From the IMG/VR virus record IMGVR_UViG_3300012041_000044, positions 1 to 36,566 of that record: a stretch of DNA of 36,566 bases. The stretch is one strand, 5' to 3'. Positions within the stretch are counted from its first letter, which is position 1; each line of letters starts with the position of its first letter. Shown here piece by piece: positions 9,471-18,261 of this stretch. The notes beneath the pieces are model-generated. The model was given only the letters and a program-made list of their open reading frames with translations, was not told where the DNA came from and searched no databases. Source of the DNA: a virus. The translations under genes and the position numbers were made by a program.

Positions 9471-11356
9471 TAGACAGGTCCCCTTACATTCATCCCGATC
9501 TTAAATTGATGCACCTTAAACCCTTGATTCACGGTGTTCTGATTATCGAACCTAAGTTGGATGCGATGCCCCTTGGTTCTTCCAACACGGAATCGCTCTT
9601 CCTTATCATCCACATTCGCACTCCAGATCCCCACACCCCAGATCATGGTGCCCCAGACAGATGGAAGTGGATTAAGGTTGATTGTAAATACGTCTCCCGC
9701 TCCTAGGTCTCCGTCGATTCGGTAGCGCACATTCATATTATAGTCGCCGAGCTTCTCATGCCATACATAAAGCTCTCTAAAATCCTTTTTAAAGCTCTCT
9801 AGATCTAGCTCATCGCCACCAAGCTGCTTACTGAACCAGTAGCTATTAATCGCGGCACCCGCGTCATTGTAAGTAGTAGTGAGTAGTTTGTGAACGAAGC
9901 CTGTAATGTTAGATGTTCCGGCATAGAAGTTACCGCTATGAGAGATAAACTGAGAGGATTCTATCCCTGTCCACTTAGACCAACTCCCTGGCTGCCCCTT
10001 CGTCCCAAGACGGTTCAAGTCTAACCAGTAGATGTGCTTATTGAAAGTATCTGTGCCAGTAGTACAGGCGATATAAAGACGGTTCTCGAACAGCTCCATC
10101 GCAATATCTGGCCAGTAGGTTCTGGGCAGAGCGATTAGATCCGGTTCTACCTTCTCAGATAGGTTCTTAGTCCTCAGCTTTGTATCTGACGTGTTATCGA
10201 CAATAAGCCCTGACAGAAAGTGAAGACCTGTGAGCTTGTTATTTTGCCGTCCAATGAACAGACACCCATTCTCTGATAATGCGAAAGCTCTTGCGCCAAC
10301 TATTCCCAAGTTAGATGGGTTATTAATTACTGACCATGTAGCTGCATCTGTGGGATCTTCTGTGAGGATCTGATAGTTGTCGTTATCTTTGAAGGCTGTA
10401 ACGATATCGTCGTGAGAGACAACACAGATGATGGTCTCACCATCTCTGTTATTTAGTGGTTCGAAGTTCTCCACCTCAGAGACGAACGGGTTTTCGAAAT
10501 TAGTATAACGAAGTAAAGAGCGGTTCGAGGAGTCATCAAAAAAAAGCCTCTCTTTATGAAGTGTAATAGTCGTGAACGGCGTTGGCTTAGTCCCATCTTC
10601 AATAGCATCTACCCCCTCAGCTCCTGGTGCCACCGTATCTGCAAATGTTGTGGTTGTATTATCGGTGATCGATCCAATCCTTCGAAATGGGCCAGAGACG
10701 TTGGTCGACCGATAGACTCTTCGGTTATTAACTCCAGCTAATGATGATCCAACAGGGATATCGGTAAGGCCTATGGTCGATGTAACCGCAATCGTAACTC
10801 CCGCTGATACAGACCCTACCTGACCTTCAACAGCCTGAGAGTTGACGAAGCTTACGGTGTAGTAATACGTGCCTGCTTGAATACTACCCGCCGATGTTCC
10901 AGATCCTGTTGTGGCCGATGGGGTATCAATCCCCATGTTGTAAAACGATGATTCATTCTCATACTTCCATGGACCGTTCGTTCCATCTGAGGAAAAGAGA
11001 ATTCCCTGATAAACAACCGACGCTACTTTCGCCCCACTTGCGTACTTCCCTTGAGCCGATGGCACCGTGACGAAGGTCGTGCCAGATGCTCGATACATCG
11101 AGCCACCGGCCCATGCGACCATCGTTCCGTTATAAGAAGCAAGCCCGTCAATCTTATGACTACCTATTAACTGAGTGTTAAACTTCTCGCTCCCAGGACG
11201 CGTTTCTGCAGAGCCAGAGTCATCAAACACCACGTTAAGACAGTCTGGAGATTCCTGCTCTTCAATCTTAGATGGAGCATCTTTCGTATTGAGACCGCCA
11301 TCTAGGCGCTCAATCGTGAAGCGAATTCTTGTCCCTACTCGTTCGACCTTAGACAC
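9470..11356 (-). CDS. Tail tubular protein B / nozzle-like protein
   Basis: 628 aa, beta-rich with propeller-like repeats of G/S/T/N and aromatic residues. It follows the 215-aa adaptor-like gene, as in T7 gp11/gp12. The call is mainly by synteny. Confidence 0.5.
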   Translation of the reverse strand: MSKVERVGTRIRFTIERLDGGLNTKDAPSKIEEQESPDCLNVVFDDSGSAETRPGSEKFNTQLIGSHKIDGLASYNGTMVAWAGGSMYRASGTTFVTVPSAQGKYASGAKVASVVYQGILFSSDGTNGPWKYENESSFYNMGIDTPSATTGSGTSAGSIQAGTYYYTVSFVNSQAVEGQVGSVSAGVTIAVTSTIGLTDIPVGSSLAGVNNRRVYRSTNVSGPFRRIGSITDNTTTTFADTVAPGAEGVDAIEDGTKPTPFTTITLHKERLFFDDSSNRSLLRYTNFENPFVSEVENFEPLNNRDGETIICVVSHDDIVTAFKDNDNYQILTEDPTDAATWSVINNPSNLGIVGARAFALSENGCLFIGRQNNKLTGLHFLSGLIVDNTSDTKLRTKNLSEKVEPDLIALPRTYWPDIAMELFENRLYIACTTGTDTFNKHIYWLDLNRLGTKGQPGSWSKWTGIESSQFISHSGNFYAGTSNITGFVHKLLTTTYNDAGAAINSYWFSKQLGGDELDLESFKKDFRELYVWHEKLGDYNMNVRYRIDGDLGAGDVFTINLNPLPSVWGTMIWGVGIWSANVDDKEERFRVGRTKGHRIQLRFDNQNTVNQGFKVHQFKIGMNVRGPV

Positions 11357-11358
11357 GC

Positions 11359-12006
11359 TTAGATTACCCCTGAATCCGTCTCTAAAGAGCTATCTGAATC
11401 AGCCACTCGAAGTGGCCCGCCTGTATGTCTGCGCATTTGTGCGTATCGCTTCATGTTCGGGATATGGAAGTTTAACCATTTTGCTTCATACTTGGCTGAG
11501 AAGGCGTTGTTTAAGTCTTTATCAAACATCATGCTGATTACAGCATCTGCTACTGCTGAGTGGAACACCTCTGGGATATCGACGGTCGAAGATCCAGACG
11601 TAATCGCACTCTGCTGCTTTTCCACATAAAGCGTCACCGTCTCAGCTGCATTCGGGGTTGGATAGAAGATGATCTTATCGGCCCAAAGGACGTGCTCAAA
11701 AGGGGTCCCTGTTGCTGCAACGCCTGTAGGTTGGCGGGTTTCGAACTCTCTTAGTGAAATAAGCTTGGTTGGGCGCCCATCATACTGGACGCGGCGGATT
11801 CTGATGACGTTAGACGGATATGAATAACTTTGAGTGCTTGCGACTGTAGTTATCGAGGTATCAATGGCTTGAATTAGGCCAACGACGGAGACCACATCGT
11901 TACATTTCGCTTGAATGAGCTGATAGAGCTCTGTGTCCGACCAATTCGTGTCTGATTCAGCATTATGAACACGTCGAACATAGTCGGTCATCTCTGTAAC
12001 AGTCAT
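11359..12006 (-). CDS. Head-tail adaptor / tail tubular protein A-like
   Basis: 215 aa. The call rests on its position directly upstream of the nozzle-like gene and an N-terminal helical region typical of adaptors. Confidence 0.45.
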   Translation of the reverse strand: MTVTEMTDYVRRVHNAESDTNWSDTELYQLIQAKCNDVVSVVGLIQAIDTSITTVASTQSYSYPSNVIRIRRVQYDGRPTKLISLREFETRQPTGVAATGTPFEHVLWADKIIFYPTPNAAETVTLYVEKQQSAITSGSSTVDIPEVFHSAVADAVISMMFDKDLNNAFSAKYEAKWLNFHIPNMKRYAQMRRHTGGPLRVADSDSSLETDSGVI

Positions 12007-12021
12007 TTATCCCCCTGAACG

Positions 12022-12495
12022 TCATGCCTTGTCGTCCTCCTCTGGAAGGGGAGCACGATCAGGATGCTTTTTGGTCATATGAGTCTTTAAAGCAGTACGA
12101 GTTTTGAATGTCGTTCCCTCTTCGCAAATAGGACAAACATTCGCAGCTGCCTTCTCAATCTCTTTTTCTTCTTTCTCTAATTCCTTTTTAGACTTGCCGG
12201 TCGCCGTTTCTCTTTCTTCATCCGTTAGCTCAAGCGTCCAAAGAGCTTTACGAGGAGTAACGATGGTTCCATCGGGAAGTGATTCAGCCGGTGCCTTTGG
12301 CTGGGCTAAGAACCTACGAGCTGCTAAGAACTGCATCAACAGCACTTTTTCATTGTTTGGAGGCACCGTGATCGGGGCCCCACGAAACGTCTCTGTATAT
12401 GGCACTAGCTCTCGATTGAGAACCCACACTAGACGGTTAGAACCAACACCCATAGGCGCAGTTTGGTCAGTCGACTGGACGGCTGTAACTTGCAT
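12022..12495 (-). CDS. Protein with a C-terminal C2H2-type zinc finger
   Basis: CPICEEGTTFKTRTALKTHMTKKH has the form C-x2-C ... F-x5-L-x2-H-x4-H. It is preceded by an acidic/Lys-rich linker. Confidence 0.6.
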   Translation of the reverse strand: MQVTAVQSTDQTAPMGVGSNRLVWVLNRELVPYTETFRGAPITVPPNNEKVLLMQFLAARRFLAQPKAPAESLPDGTIVTPRKALWTLELTDEERETATGKSKKELEKEEKEIEKAAANVCPICEEGTTFKTRTALKTHMTKKHPDRAPLPEEDDKA

Positions 12496-12512
12496 GCCTT
12501 ACTCCTTCATAT

Positions 12513-12854
12513 TCATGAATCATCTGCAGTGATTAAAATCAGCGTGTTAGTTGCCGATCCGGTAACTGCGGTACCAAAACCAATGGTCACAAACGGAACT
12601 CCTGCGACCTGGTCAAATGACCAAATTCCACTATTCGCTGTAGCAACGGTTTGAGAACCATAAGTAAAAGCTGTAACGCCTGACTTGTAAGCTCCACGAA
12701 TCTGTAGAGTGGCGTTCCCGCTACCTGCGTTCCATGTTTGAGTGTCCGATGAGTAAACCCACATGCGTGCAGCATTCCCAACATACTGGGCAGTGCCAGC
12801 ATTCGTTGCACCAGAGGCGAAGGTATAAGTGAAGTATTTAGAGTTGTGCGACAT
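12513..12854 (-). CDS. Small Ser/Thr/Gly/Ala-rich beta protein (capsid accessory candidate)
   Basis: 113-aa ORF following the three paralogues. Its composition resembles theirs. Confidence 0.55.
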   Translation of the reverse strand: MSHNSKYFTYTFASGATNAGTAQYVGNAARMWVYSSDTQTWNAGSGNATLQIRGAYKSGVTAFTYGSQTVATANSGIWSFDQVAGVPFVTIGFGTAVTGSATNTLILITADDS

Positions 12855-12860
12855 CTAGTT

Positions 12861-13139
12861 TTACCCCTGCTTTCCAAATACAACGACCGTATAGACACGG
12901 GTGCTCACGCAGTTAGTCATTGAAATCTGACCCGTTATCTGTGTCCCGGTTTGCCCCTCGTTAATCTTCATCCTTGGAAAAGGCGCATCCGATTTAATGG
13001 TATATTGTGCAAATGAAATAGGGCCAACCCCAGGATTAAAACTTATCGCACCCGCATCCGCCGTTACATCCATAACTTTCATCATAAGATCGCCAACGCA
13101 TACATGTGGAGAAACTAGCTGACTGACTGTAGGTGCCAT
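12861..13139 (-). CDS. Small paralogue 3 of a tandem triplicated family (about 92 aa)
   Basis: The ATG at 13139 has GGGAGG 8 nt upstream. It shares DVTADAG...G...TNC...VY.VVVFGK with the two upstream genes. Confidence 0.65.
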   Translation of the reverse strand: MAPTVSQLVSPHVCVGDLMMKVMDVTADAGAISFNPGVGPISFAQYTIKSDAPFPRMKINEGQTGTQITGQISMTNCVSTRVYTVVVFGKQG

Positions 13140-13141
13140 TA

Positions 13142-13420
13142 TCAAGCCCTCCCATAAACTACGACACGATACACATCGTTTGCCGTACAGTTAGTAAGAC
13201 CAATTGCACCGATAATGGTCGTAGACGCTGGGCCCTGGTTAATCGTCAAGTACGGCGACACACCCGAAACGGAATTACTCTTAGGATATAACTGTGCTGC
13301 AAGCACTCTGTTTAGTCCCGTCTGAATTGTTCCAGTCGTTGCATCAGCAGTAACGTCCACAATCCGATATACGACATTTCCGGCATACGTTTCCAAAACT
13401 TTACTTTGTGAGAAGGCCAT
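13142..13420 (-). CDS. Small paralogue 2 of the tandem triplicated family (92 aa)
   Basis: The ATG at 13420 (MAFSQSK...) lies 4 nt after the upstream stop and has AAAGGGG upstream. It contains the motifs DVTADATTG and LTNCTANDVYRVVVYG. Confidence 0.65.
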   Translation of the reverse strand: MAFSQSKVLETYAGNVVYRIVDVTADATTGTIQTGLNRVLAAQLYPKSNSVSGVSPYLTINQGPASTTIIGAIGLTNCTANDVYRVVVYGRA

Positions 13421-13424
13421 ATAC

Positions 13425-13709
13425 TTACCCCTTTGCAAAAACAACTACGTGGAATGTATCGCCCGCCGTAACGCCCGTGAGCGACAAGACCCCAATCGAC
13501 GCGACTCCCGATGGATTAACATTCTCTAAGACCCTAGGCATTGGCTCGTCTGCTGCAACATTACTTTTAATTCCAACAAGTGCCGCATAGATTCGACCCA
13601 TGCCCGGATTAACACTTCCAGTTGCCGCGTCTGCATTTAGATCAAACATCCGAACCTTGTAGTCACCGATAACTGTATTCGTAACCACATTCGTCATTGA
13701 AAATGCCAT
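13425..13709 (-). CDS. Small paralogue 1 of the tandem triplicated family (94 aa)
   Basis: Starts MAFSMTN... and contains DLNADAATGS and LTGVTAGDTFHVVVFAKG. It lies directly downstream of the Maf-like gene. Confidence 0.65.
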   Translation of the reverse strand: MAFSMTNVVTNTVIGDYKVRMFDLNADAATGSVNPGMGRIYAALVGIKSNVAADEPMPRVLENVNPSGVASIGVLSLTGVTAGDTFHVVVFAKG

Positions 13710-13720
13710 TTTGAAACCCC

Positions 13721-14794
13721 CTAAAACATTATAATATCTTTGTCGTACTTTGGATTGGTGAAAACTTCTTTAAGATCGAACTCTATCCGATTGAGTGTGT
13801 TACCTTTGATATCTCGTTCCTCTAAGAAGCTCTTCTCTGTCATTCTGTATGGAACAAGCGCATCCTTCAATGACATGTATTGGAACTGTCGAATGTTCCC
13901 CTCTCTATAGGCCCCAAGCAGCCCTTCAGAGCAGTTCACATACCGCCCTGGAACGGAGCATGCGATGTGGTCTAGATAAAACTTGAAGTTCAAATATGAA
14001 CCCCATGTTTTCCTTAAGTTACCGTAGCAATCTGGCCATACGATGTAATTACCCATATTGTCATAATGGGTTTTATAGGAATGAAATGTGTTGTTATAAT
14101 CGAAGCAGAAATCCGCACCAACAAAGTGAACTACATCTGATCTTAAAACTACTTTGGTAAAGTAAAGACAGGCTCCAAGCGCGTTTCCACCCGTTCCTAG
14201 GTAATGCTTAAAGTTCTCGATCTTATCTAACTCTTTCCTAAATCCCTCTTCAGGGATGAAACAGTTGAATAGATTAACATCGCCTTGCCAATCCTTGAAC
14301 AATTCAGGATGTGAACAGGTATAGGCAAGAAGTTTCTGCCCCTTTGTCTTATCCCAGTACTCTTGTTCTTTGCGTCCTTCATTAATATCACGAATTACGA
14401 TGTCACCTGCATCAAGTGTCATCCAGTAGTCGGCTTTGATTCCCTCATCCATGAAGTAGCCAAAGTTATGAAGACACGAAATAACGGTGAGAGGATTCCG
14501 CATCGATTGATTCTGTTTTAGCGCGTCAATCGAGTGTTTCAACGATGGGCCTGAGCCTGCAATTATCGATGGGACATATGGAGTGACAGATCCGTAAAGC
14601 TTGCCAACTGAGTGGTCATGGAATGAGCCGAACTTCTCTTTAGTTTGCGCGTATTGCTTCAGCCAAATATCATGCCATGTCTTAATGGTAATCTGGTCGC
14701 CCTCACAAGCTCTAGCAAATATATTCCCTTGAGATGCGGGCGGGCCATCAATAAGAGGTTGGTAGATAAGGTCTATGTCTATGTTTCGAAGCAT
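13721..14794 (-). CDS. Maf-like (DUF115 / MptE-like) putative nonulosonate glycosyltransferase
   Basis: IIAGSGPSLKHSIDALK ... VISCLHNFGYFMDEGIKADYWMTLDAGD ... GTGGNALGACLYFTKVVLRSDVVHFVGADFCF matches my memory of the DUF115 core: GxGPSL, then (P/A)D(Y/F)..xxD, then G..a...A..lG...i.l.G.D. Confidence 0.55.
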   Translation of the reverse strand: MLRNIDIDLIYQPLIDGPPASQGNIFARACEGDQITIKTWHDIWLKQYAQTKEKFGSFHDHSVGKLYGSVTPYVPSIIAGSGPSLKHSIDALKQNQSMRNPLTVISCLHNFGYFMDEGIKADYWMTLDAGDIVIRDINEGRKEQEYWDKTKGQKLLAYTCSHPELFKDWQGDVNLFNCFIPEEGFRKELDKIENFKHYLGTGGNALGACLYFTKVVLRSDVVHFVGADFCFDYNNTFHSYKTHYDNMGNYIVWPDCYGNLRKTWGSYLNFKFYLDHIACSVPGRYVNCSEGLLGAYREGNIRQFQYMSLKDALVPYRMTEKSFLEERDIKGNTLNRIEFDLKEVFTNPKYDKDIIMF

Positions 14795-14810
14795 TCATTT
14801 GCCAGAGCCA

Positions 14811-14838
14811 AGGGGGCTCTCTCGCTAGAGAGCCCCCT
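14811..14838 (-). terminator. Strong hairpin (12-bp perfect stem, 4-nt loop) after the capsid-proximal genes; probably a partial terminator or RNA-stability element
   Basis: agggggctctct-cgct-agagagccccct lies in the 68-nt gap between 14863..15366 and the Maf-like gene. There is no clear U-tract on the minus strand. Confidence 0.5.
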
Positions 14839-14862
14839 AACCCTATCCCTTACCCCTAGTCC

Positions 14863-15366
14863 TTACTCGAAATTGACGATGCAATCTCCGGACTTGGCAC
14901 CCGTTGTGACAGTCTTAGAGGCTGCGCCACCAAGGTTTACACCTACTGCAATGTTTCCCGTGAGCACGCTCTGTGGGAACAGTTCAACTGCTCCGTCAGA
15001 ACCGACAAAGAATGCCGATCCAGTTGGAACGCTTGAAGCATCGCCAACCATAGGCACACGACCCTTAACAACACCCCAGAAATAGGTGCCAGTCGTAGCC
15101 GTTGCGTTGTAACAAACTCCCGCCCCGATATTATCGAAGGTTTTGGAAGTTGTCGTAACAGTTATTGAATACGGACCGGCTGATACAATCGGAGTAAAGC
15201 AGAAGCCTGGGCTAATCTGCGAATTCCCCGAGTTATAAAACAACCGATACTTTTGTCCCGCTTCGACCCGAGCTTCTCCCAGCGTGTATCCACCCGGTAG
15301 GGTAGCTACAACTGCGGAGACTGTCCCAAGGCCAGCGTCGACCATATGTCTTACGTCATTAGGCAT
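14863..15366 (-). CDS. Capsid-associated protein (decoration/cement candidate)
   Basis: 167 aa, beta-rich and rich in Gly/Thr/Val. It is immediately downstream of the major capsid gene and upstream of the hairpin. Confidence 0.4.
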   Translation of the reverse strand: MPNDVRHMVDAGLGTVSAVVATLPGGYTLGEARVEAGQKYRLFYNSGNSQISPGFCFTPIVSAGPYSITVTTTSKTFDNIGAGVCYNATATTGTYFWGVVKGRVPMVGDASSVPTGSAFFVGSDGAVELFPQSVLTGNIAVGVNLGGAASKTVTTGAKSGDCIVNFE

Positions 15367-15388
15367 TGTACTAACTCCTTACAGTTAA

Positions 15389-16321
15389 TTAACTGGTTAA
15401 AGCCGTCATTGCGCCCTGTAAACGAGGAGAGTCGCAAATCAACTCACCCATCCAAAGGAACTTTGCAATCATCGCATCTTGATCGTGAAATTCCTGGAAA
15501 TCTTTGAATTCCCCTGGGAACTTTCGCTGAGAATGCGATACCAATTTAACGTGCTTCATATTGTGGAAAATCATGTGGCCAGAAGGCGCATAACTGTCTT
15601 CCATCACAGGGGCACCGTTACAAAGTAGATTCTTAAATCCCGCAGATGCGGAATCCGAATCTGTGTATCGCTGAGCTGGCACAAGCAACGACCAGAAACT
15701 ATTAAACAGAGTCTCTGTGGTCGTGATTAAGTTGGGTCGCTCAGTTGGAGGCTGGGATGCCGCTTCGTAGCGTTCTTGCATCTTTGCCAAGGTCAATGTT
15801 GTAGTGGTCGAGTCGATCTGTGCCTGTAGCCAGGACTCACCTGACGATGCGATTCCACCATAGGTGTTGGTCGTGCTCAAATAAACTCGGTTTCCTGTGA
15901 TCGACTGAGTATCGGTACCTGCGGAGTAGATTCCCGTACCAAAGTTATCCTTGATATCCTCTTCCGCTGCTTCGAACTCACTCTTCACATGATCGATGAC
16001 CTTGTTCTCGCCCGCATTCTTGAGCTTATCGAGTCCAGTAATGGACACGTTCAAATAATGCTGTTTCCAATCGAAGACGAGTGCCGTTTTCTTCTCATTA
16101 TAATTCGTCGATAAAACCTGACCGCCCGTATACCATCCACGTGCAGAGAAGCGAGCATACCGGACTGGAACTCGAATATCGGTTCCGCCGTCTTGAGTAA
16201 TCATGCCGCCATTCTTCTGCATGTAGAACAGTAAAGCATTTGATAACAAGACGTTATCAACTAGCTTGGGGATAAATCCTTGTCGGCTGATCGCATTGAT
16301 AGCCGTGACTGATACTGTCAT
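15389..16321 (-). CDS. Major capsid protein
   Basis: 310 aa directly after the scaffold-like gene. The N-terminal region (FIPKLVDNVLLSNALLFYMQKNG...RVPVRY...WYTGGQVLS...ALVFDWKQHYLNVSITGLDKLKNAG) resembles podovirus HK97-fold coat proteins as I recall them. Confidence 0.75.
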   Translation of the reverse strand: MTVSVTAINAISRQGFIPKLVDNVLLSNALLFYMQKNGGMITQDGGTDIRVPVRYARFSARGWYTGGQVLSTNYNEKKTALVFDWKQHYLNVSITGLDKLKNAGENKVIDHVKSEFEAAEEDIKDNFGTGIYSAGTDTQSITGNRVYLSTTNTYGGIASSGESWLQAQIDSTTTTLTLAKMQERYEAASQPPTERPNLITTTETLFNSFWSLLVPAQRYTDSDSASAGFKNLLCNGAPVMEDSYAPSGHMIFHNMKHVKLVSHSQRKFPGEFKDFQEFHDQDAMIAKFLWMGELICDSPRLQGAMTALTS

Positions 16322-16382
16322 TGTTGAGTCCCCTCTTAACTTTAGTTAGTTTACACTTCACATTGAAGTATAAACGTTCGTT

Positions 16383-17345
16383 TTATGTCCCTTGAGCTGA
16401 GAGTTCAGCGTAACGGGTTTTCATTTGCTCCGCTATCTGGTCGTAGCTCGCCCTTCGCGGATCGAACTGCAGAGTGTTCCCGCTTGTCATCGGTTTCTCT
16501 GACGTTGCTACAATCCCGGCACGCGCCTTGTCTTTTACCTGCCTAACTGCATCGTTTCTCGCCCTTAATTGGACGACCTCGAACAGCTTTGGCTCTAGGT
16601 ATTCAAGAGCTGCGGCTCGGAATGATGGAATCTTGCGATCGACCCCATGCGCAACTATCTTAGCCCAGAGAGCTGTGCCTTCTGCATCTCGCTCATCTAG
16701 GTTAATTTCTTTGAAATCTTGCTTGAACTTAGTGATCTCTGACTCAACTTCCTGAACATCGGCTTGTGTTTGAGCGTCTTCTCTCTCTTTTTGCCAAGAG
16801 CTCTTAAACTCGCTCATCTCACCAAGTTGTTTTTCTAAATTAGTAATTTTCTCGATAAATGGCTGGAACTTACCCATCTCATCAGGCGCCTGTTGTGCCA
16901 CCTGATTCTGCATCAAGTGCTTAGACTTATTCTGGTACATATCCCAGATAGTCTGGAACTCTTCCGGGTTCTTCTCGCTCCACGTCTGAAGTGGCTCATA
17001 CTTAGAATAGAATTCCTTGTACTTGCCGTAATCACCCTGCTGCTTTTGGAATTCCGACTTCTGAGTGTTAAAGTCTTTGAACTTATCTTCTAGGTGAGCG
17101 GCTTGCCGATAGGTATTTACGAGCTTTGAATAGGGAACCTTTTGAGCTTTCCCATCATGCGTAAGCTGGAACTCATAGTTGGTTGGAAGCTTTAGCTTCT
17201 GATTCTGATGGGTAATCTCAAAATATTCTTCTGGTGTAGTGGCTTGTGCCACATCTGTAGCAGGGGATGCGGGTGCAATCTGTTCAATATTAGAGCCTTC
17301 AGGTGTTATCCCTGCATTCGCTAAGTACTCTTGATCGCTAGGCAT
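16383..17345 (-). CDS. Scaffolding protein
   Basis: 320 aa, highly charged (E/K/Q) and helical, directly upstream of the major capsid gene. Confidence 0.55.
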   Translation of the reverse strand: MPSDQEYLANAGITPEGSNIEQIAPASPATDVAQATTPEEYFEITHQNQKLKLPTNYEFQLTHDGKAQKVPYSKLVNTYRQAAHLEDKFKDFNTQKSEFQKQQGDYGKYKEFYSKYEPLQTWSEKNPEEFQTIWDMYQNKSKHLMQNQVAQQAPDEMGKFQPFIEKITNLEKQLGEMSEFKSSWQKEREDAQTQADVQEVESEITKFKQDFKEINLDERDAEGTALWAKIVAHGVDRKIPSFRAAALEYLEPKLFEVVQLRARNDAVRQVKDKARAGIVATSEKPMTSGNTLQFDPRRASYDQIAEQMKTRYAELSAQGT

Positions 17346-17392
17346 ATGCTTTACAACCCATTACAACTCTTTACAGCATAAAAACTTTTATG

Positions 17393-17704
17393 TTAGGCGG
17401 GAATGGCTCTGGCACCCGGGCCTTGAGCCTGATCGGCGGGCATCGCACCCTTCGCACCCATCGCCATCTCTGGAGATTGAGCCCCTTTTTGGGGAGCTGC
17501 TTCGACTTGACCTGTTGCAATAGAGAGGAACTCTCCGTATGCAGCAGCTGCCGCATTCAAAGCCTCCATTGCTTCAGGCGGGGCCCCGGCCGATTCGACT
17601 GCCTTTTGAAGATTCATCAAAGCATCTTCAATTGCCTTCATTGCCTGTAAAGCCTGTTCTTGTGATGCTCCGCCTTCAGTAGGAACGGGCGCTTCAGCTG
17701 CCAT
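17393..17704 (-). CDS. Ala/Glu/Gln-rich helical protein
   Basis: 103-aa ORF with low-complexity Ala-rich sequence. The alternative-frame ORFs over it look spurious. Confidence 0.45.
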   Translation of the reverse strand: MAAEAPVPTEGGASQEQALQAMKAIEDALMNLQKAVESAGAPPEAMEALNAAAAAYGEFLSIATGQVEAAPQKGAQSPEMAMGAKGAMPADQAQGPGARAIPA

Positions 17705-17733
17705 TACTTACCTTCTTTCTTAAATATATTGTA

Positions 17734-17976
17734 TTACGGAAGCAACGCTTTGATCTGAACCAGAATCGCAGCAAGGCCGTCACGTTCTGCAGAAAGCGCG
17801 TCTTTCTCAACCTGCAGAGCCGCAATCTGTGCCAACAGTGCATCAATATCCGCATCAGGAAGTGCGTTGATTGCATCGATGGCCGCTTGAAACTTCGCCT
17901 CAATCGCGGCGTTTACCTCCGCAATCAGCTCGGCCTTCTTTACCACTAACACTTCAACTACTTCTGGCTTCGTCAT
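17734..17976 (-). CDS. Small Ala-rich coiled-coil protein
   Basis: 80-aa ORF with GGGAGGA upstream. An intergenic region carrying a shared motif lies upstream of it. Confidence 0.5.
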   Translation of the reverse strand: MTKPEVVEVLVVKKAELIAEVNAAIEAKFQAAIDAINALPDADIDALLAQIAALQVEKDALSAERDGLAAILVQIKALLP

Positions 17977-18060
17977 TACCCAATCCTCCCATTAAAATTT
18001 GTATGATTAGTTAGAGTACTATACTAGTTTACACTACTTTAGAACCAAAAATGACACAAT

Positions 18061-18261
18061 TTAATTAAGTTTCCCACCTAATGCCGCCTCGTATTTAGTT
18101 ATTAGTTCGTCGAGAGCTTTTCCATAGACATCCCCTTCGATAATACTGCGGGTCGCAACTAGAATTTGGATGAGGTGATACTCCCTCAGCGTGTTTGGCG
18201 CGTCCCAGATCTTCTTATCTTTCGCCAAGAGTTCACACCACTTTAGTAGCTTCACACTCAT
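18061..18261 (-). CDS. Hypothetical small protein
   Basis: 66-aa ORF with a 4-nt overlap with the upstream gene. Confidence 0.5.
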   Translation of the reverse strand: MSVKLLKWCELLAKDKKIWDAPNTLREYHLIQILVATRSIIEGDVYGKALDELITKYEAALGGKLN

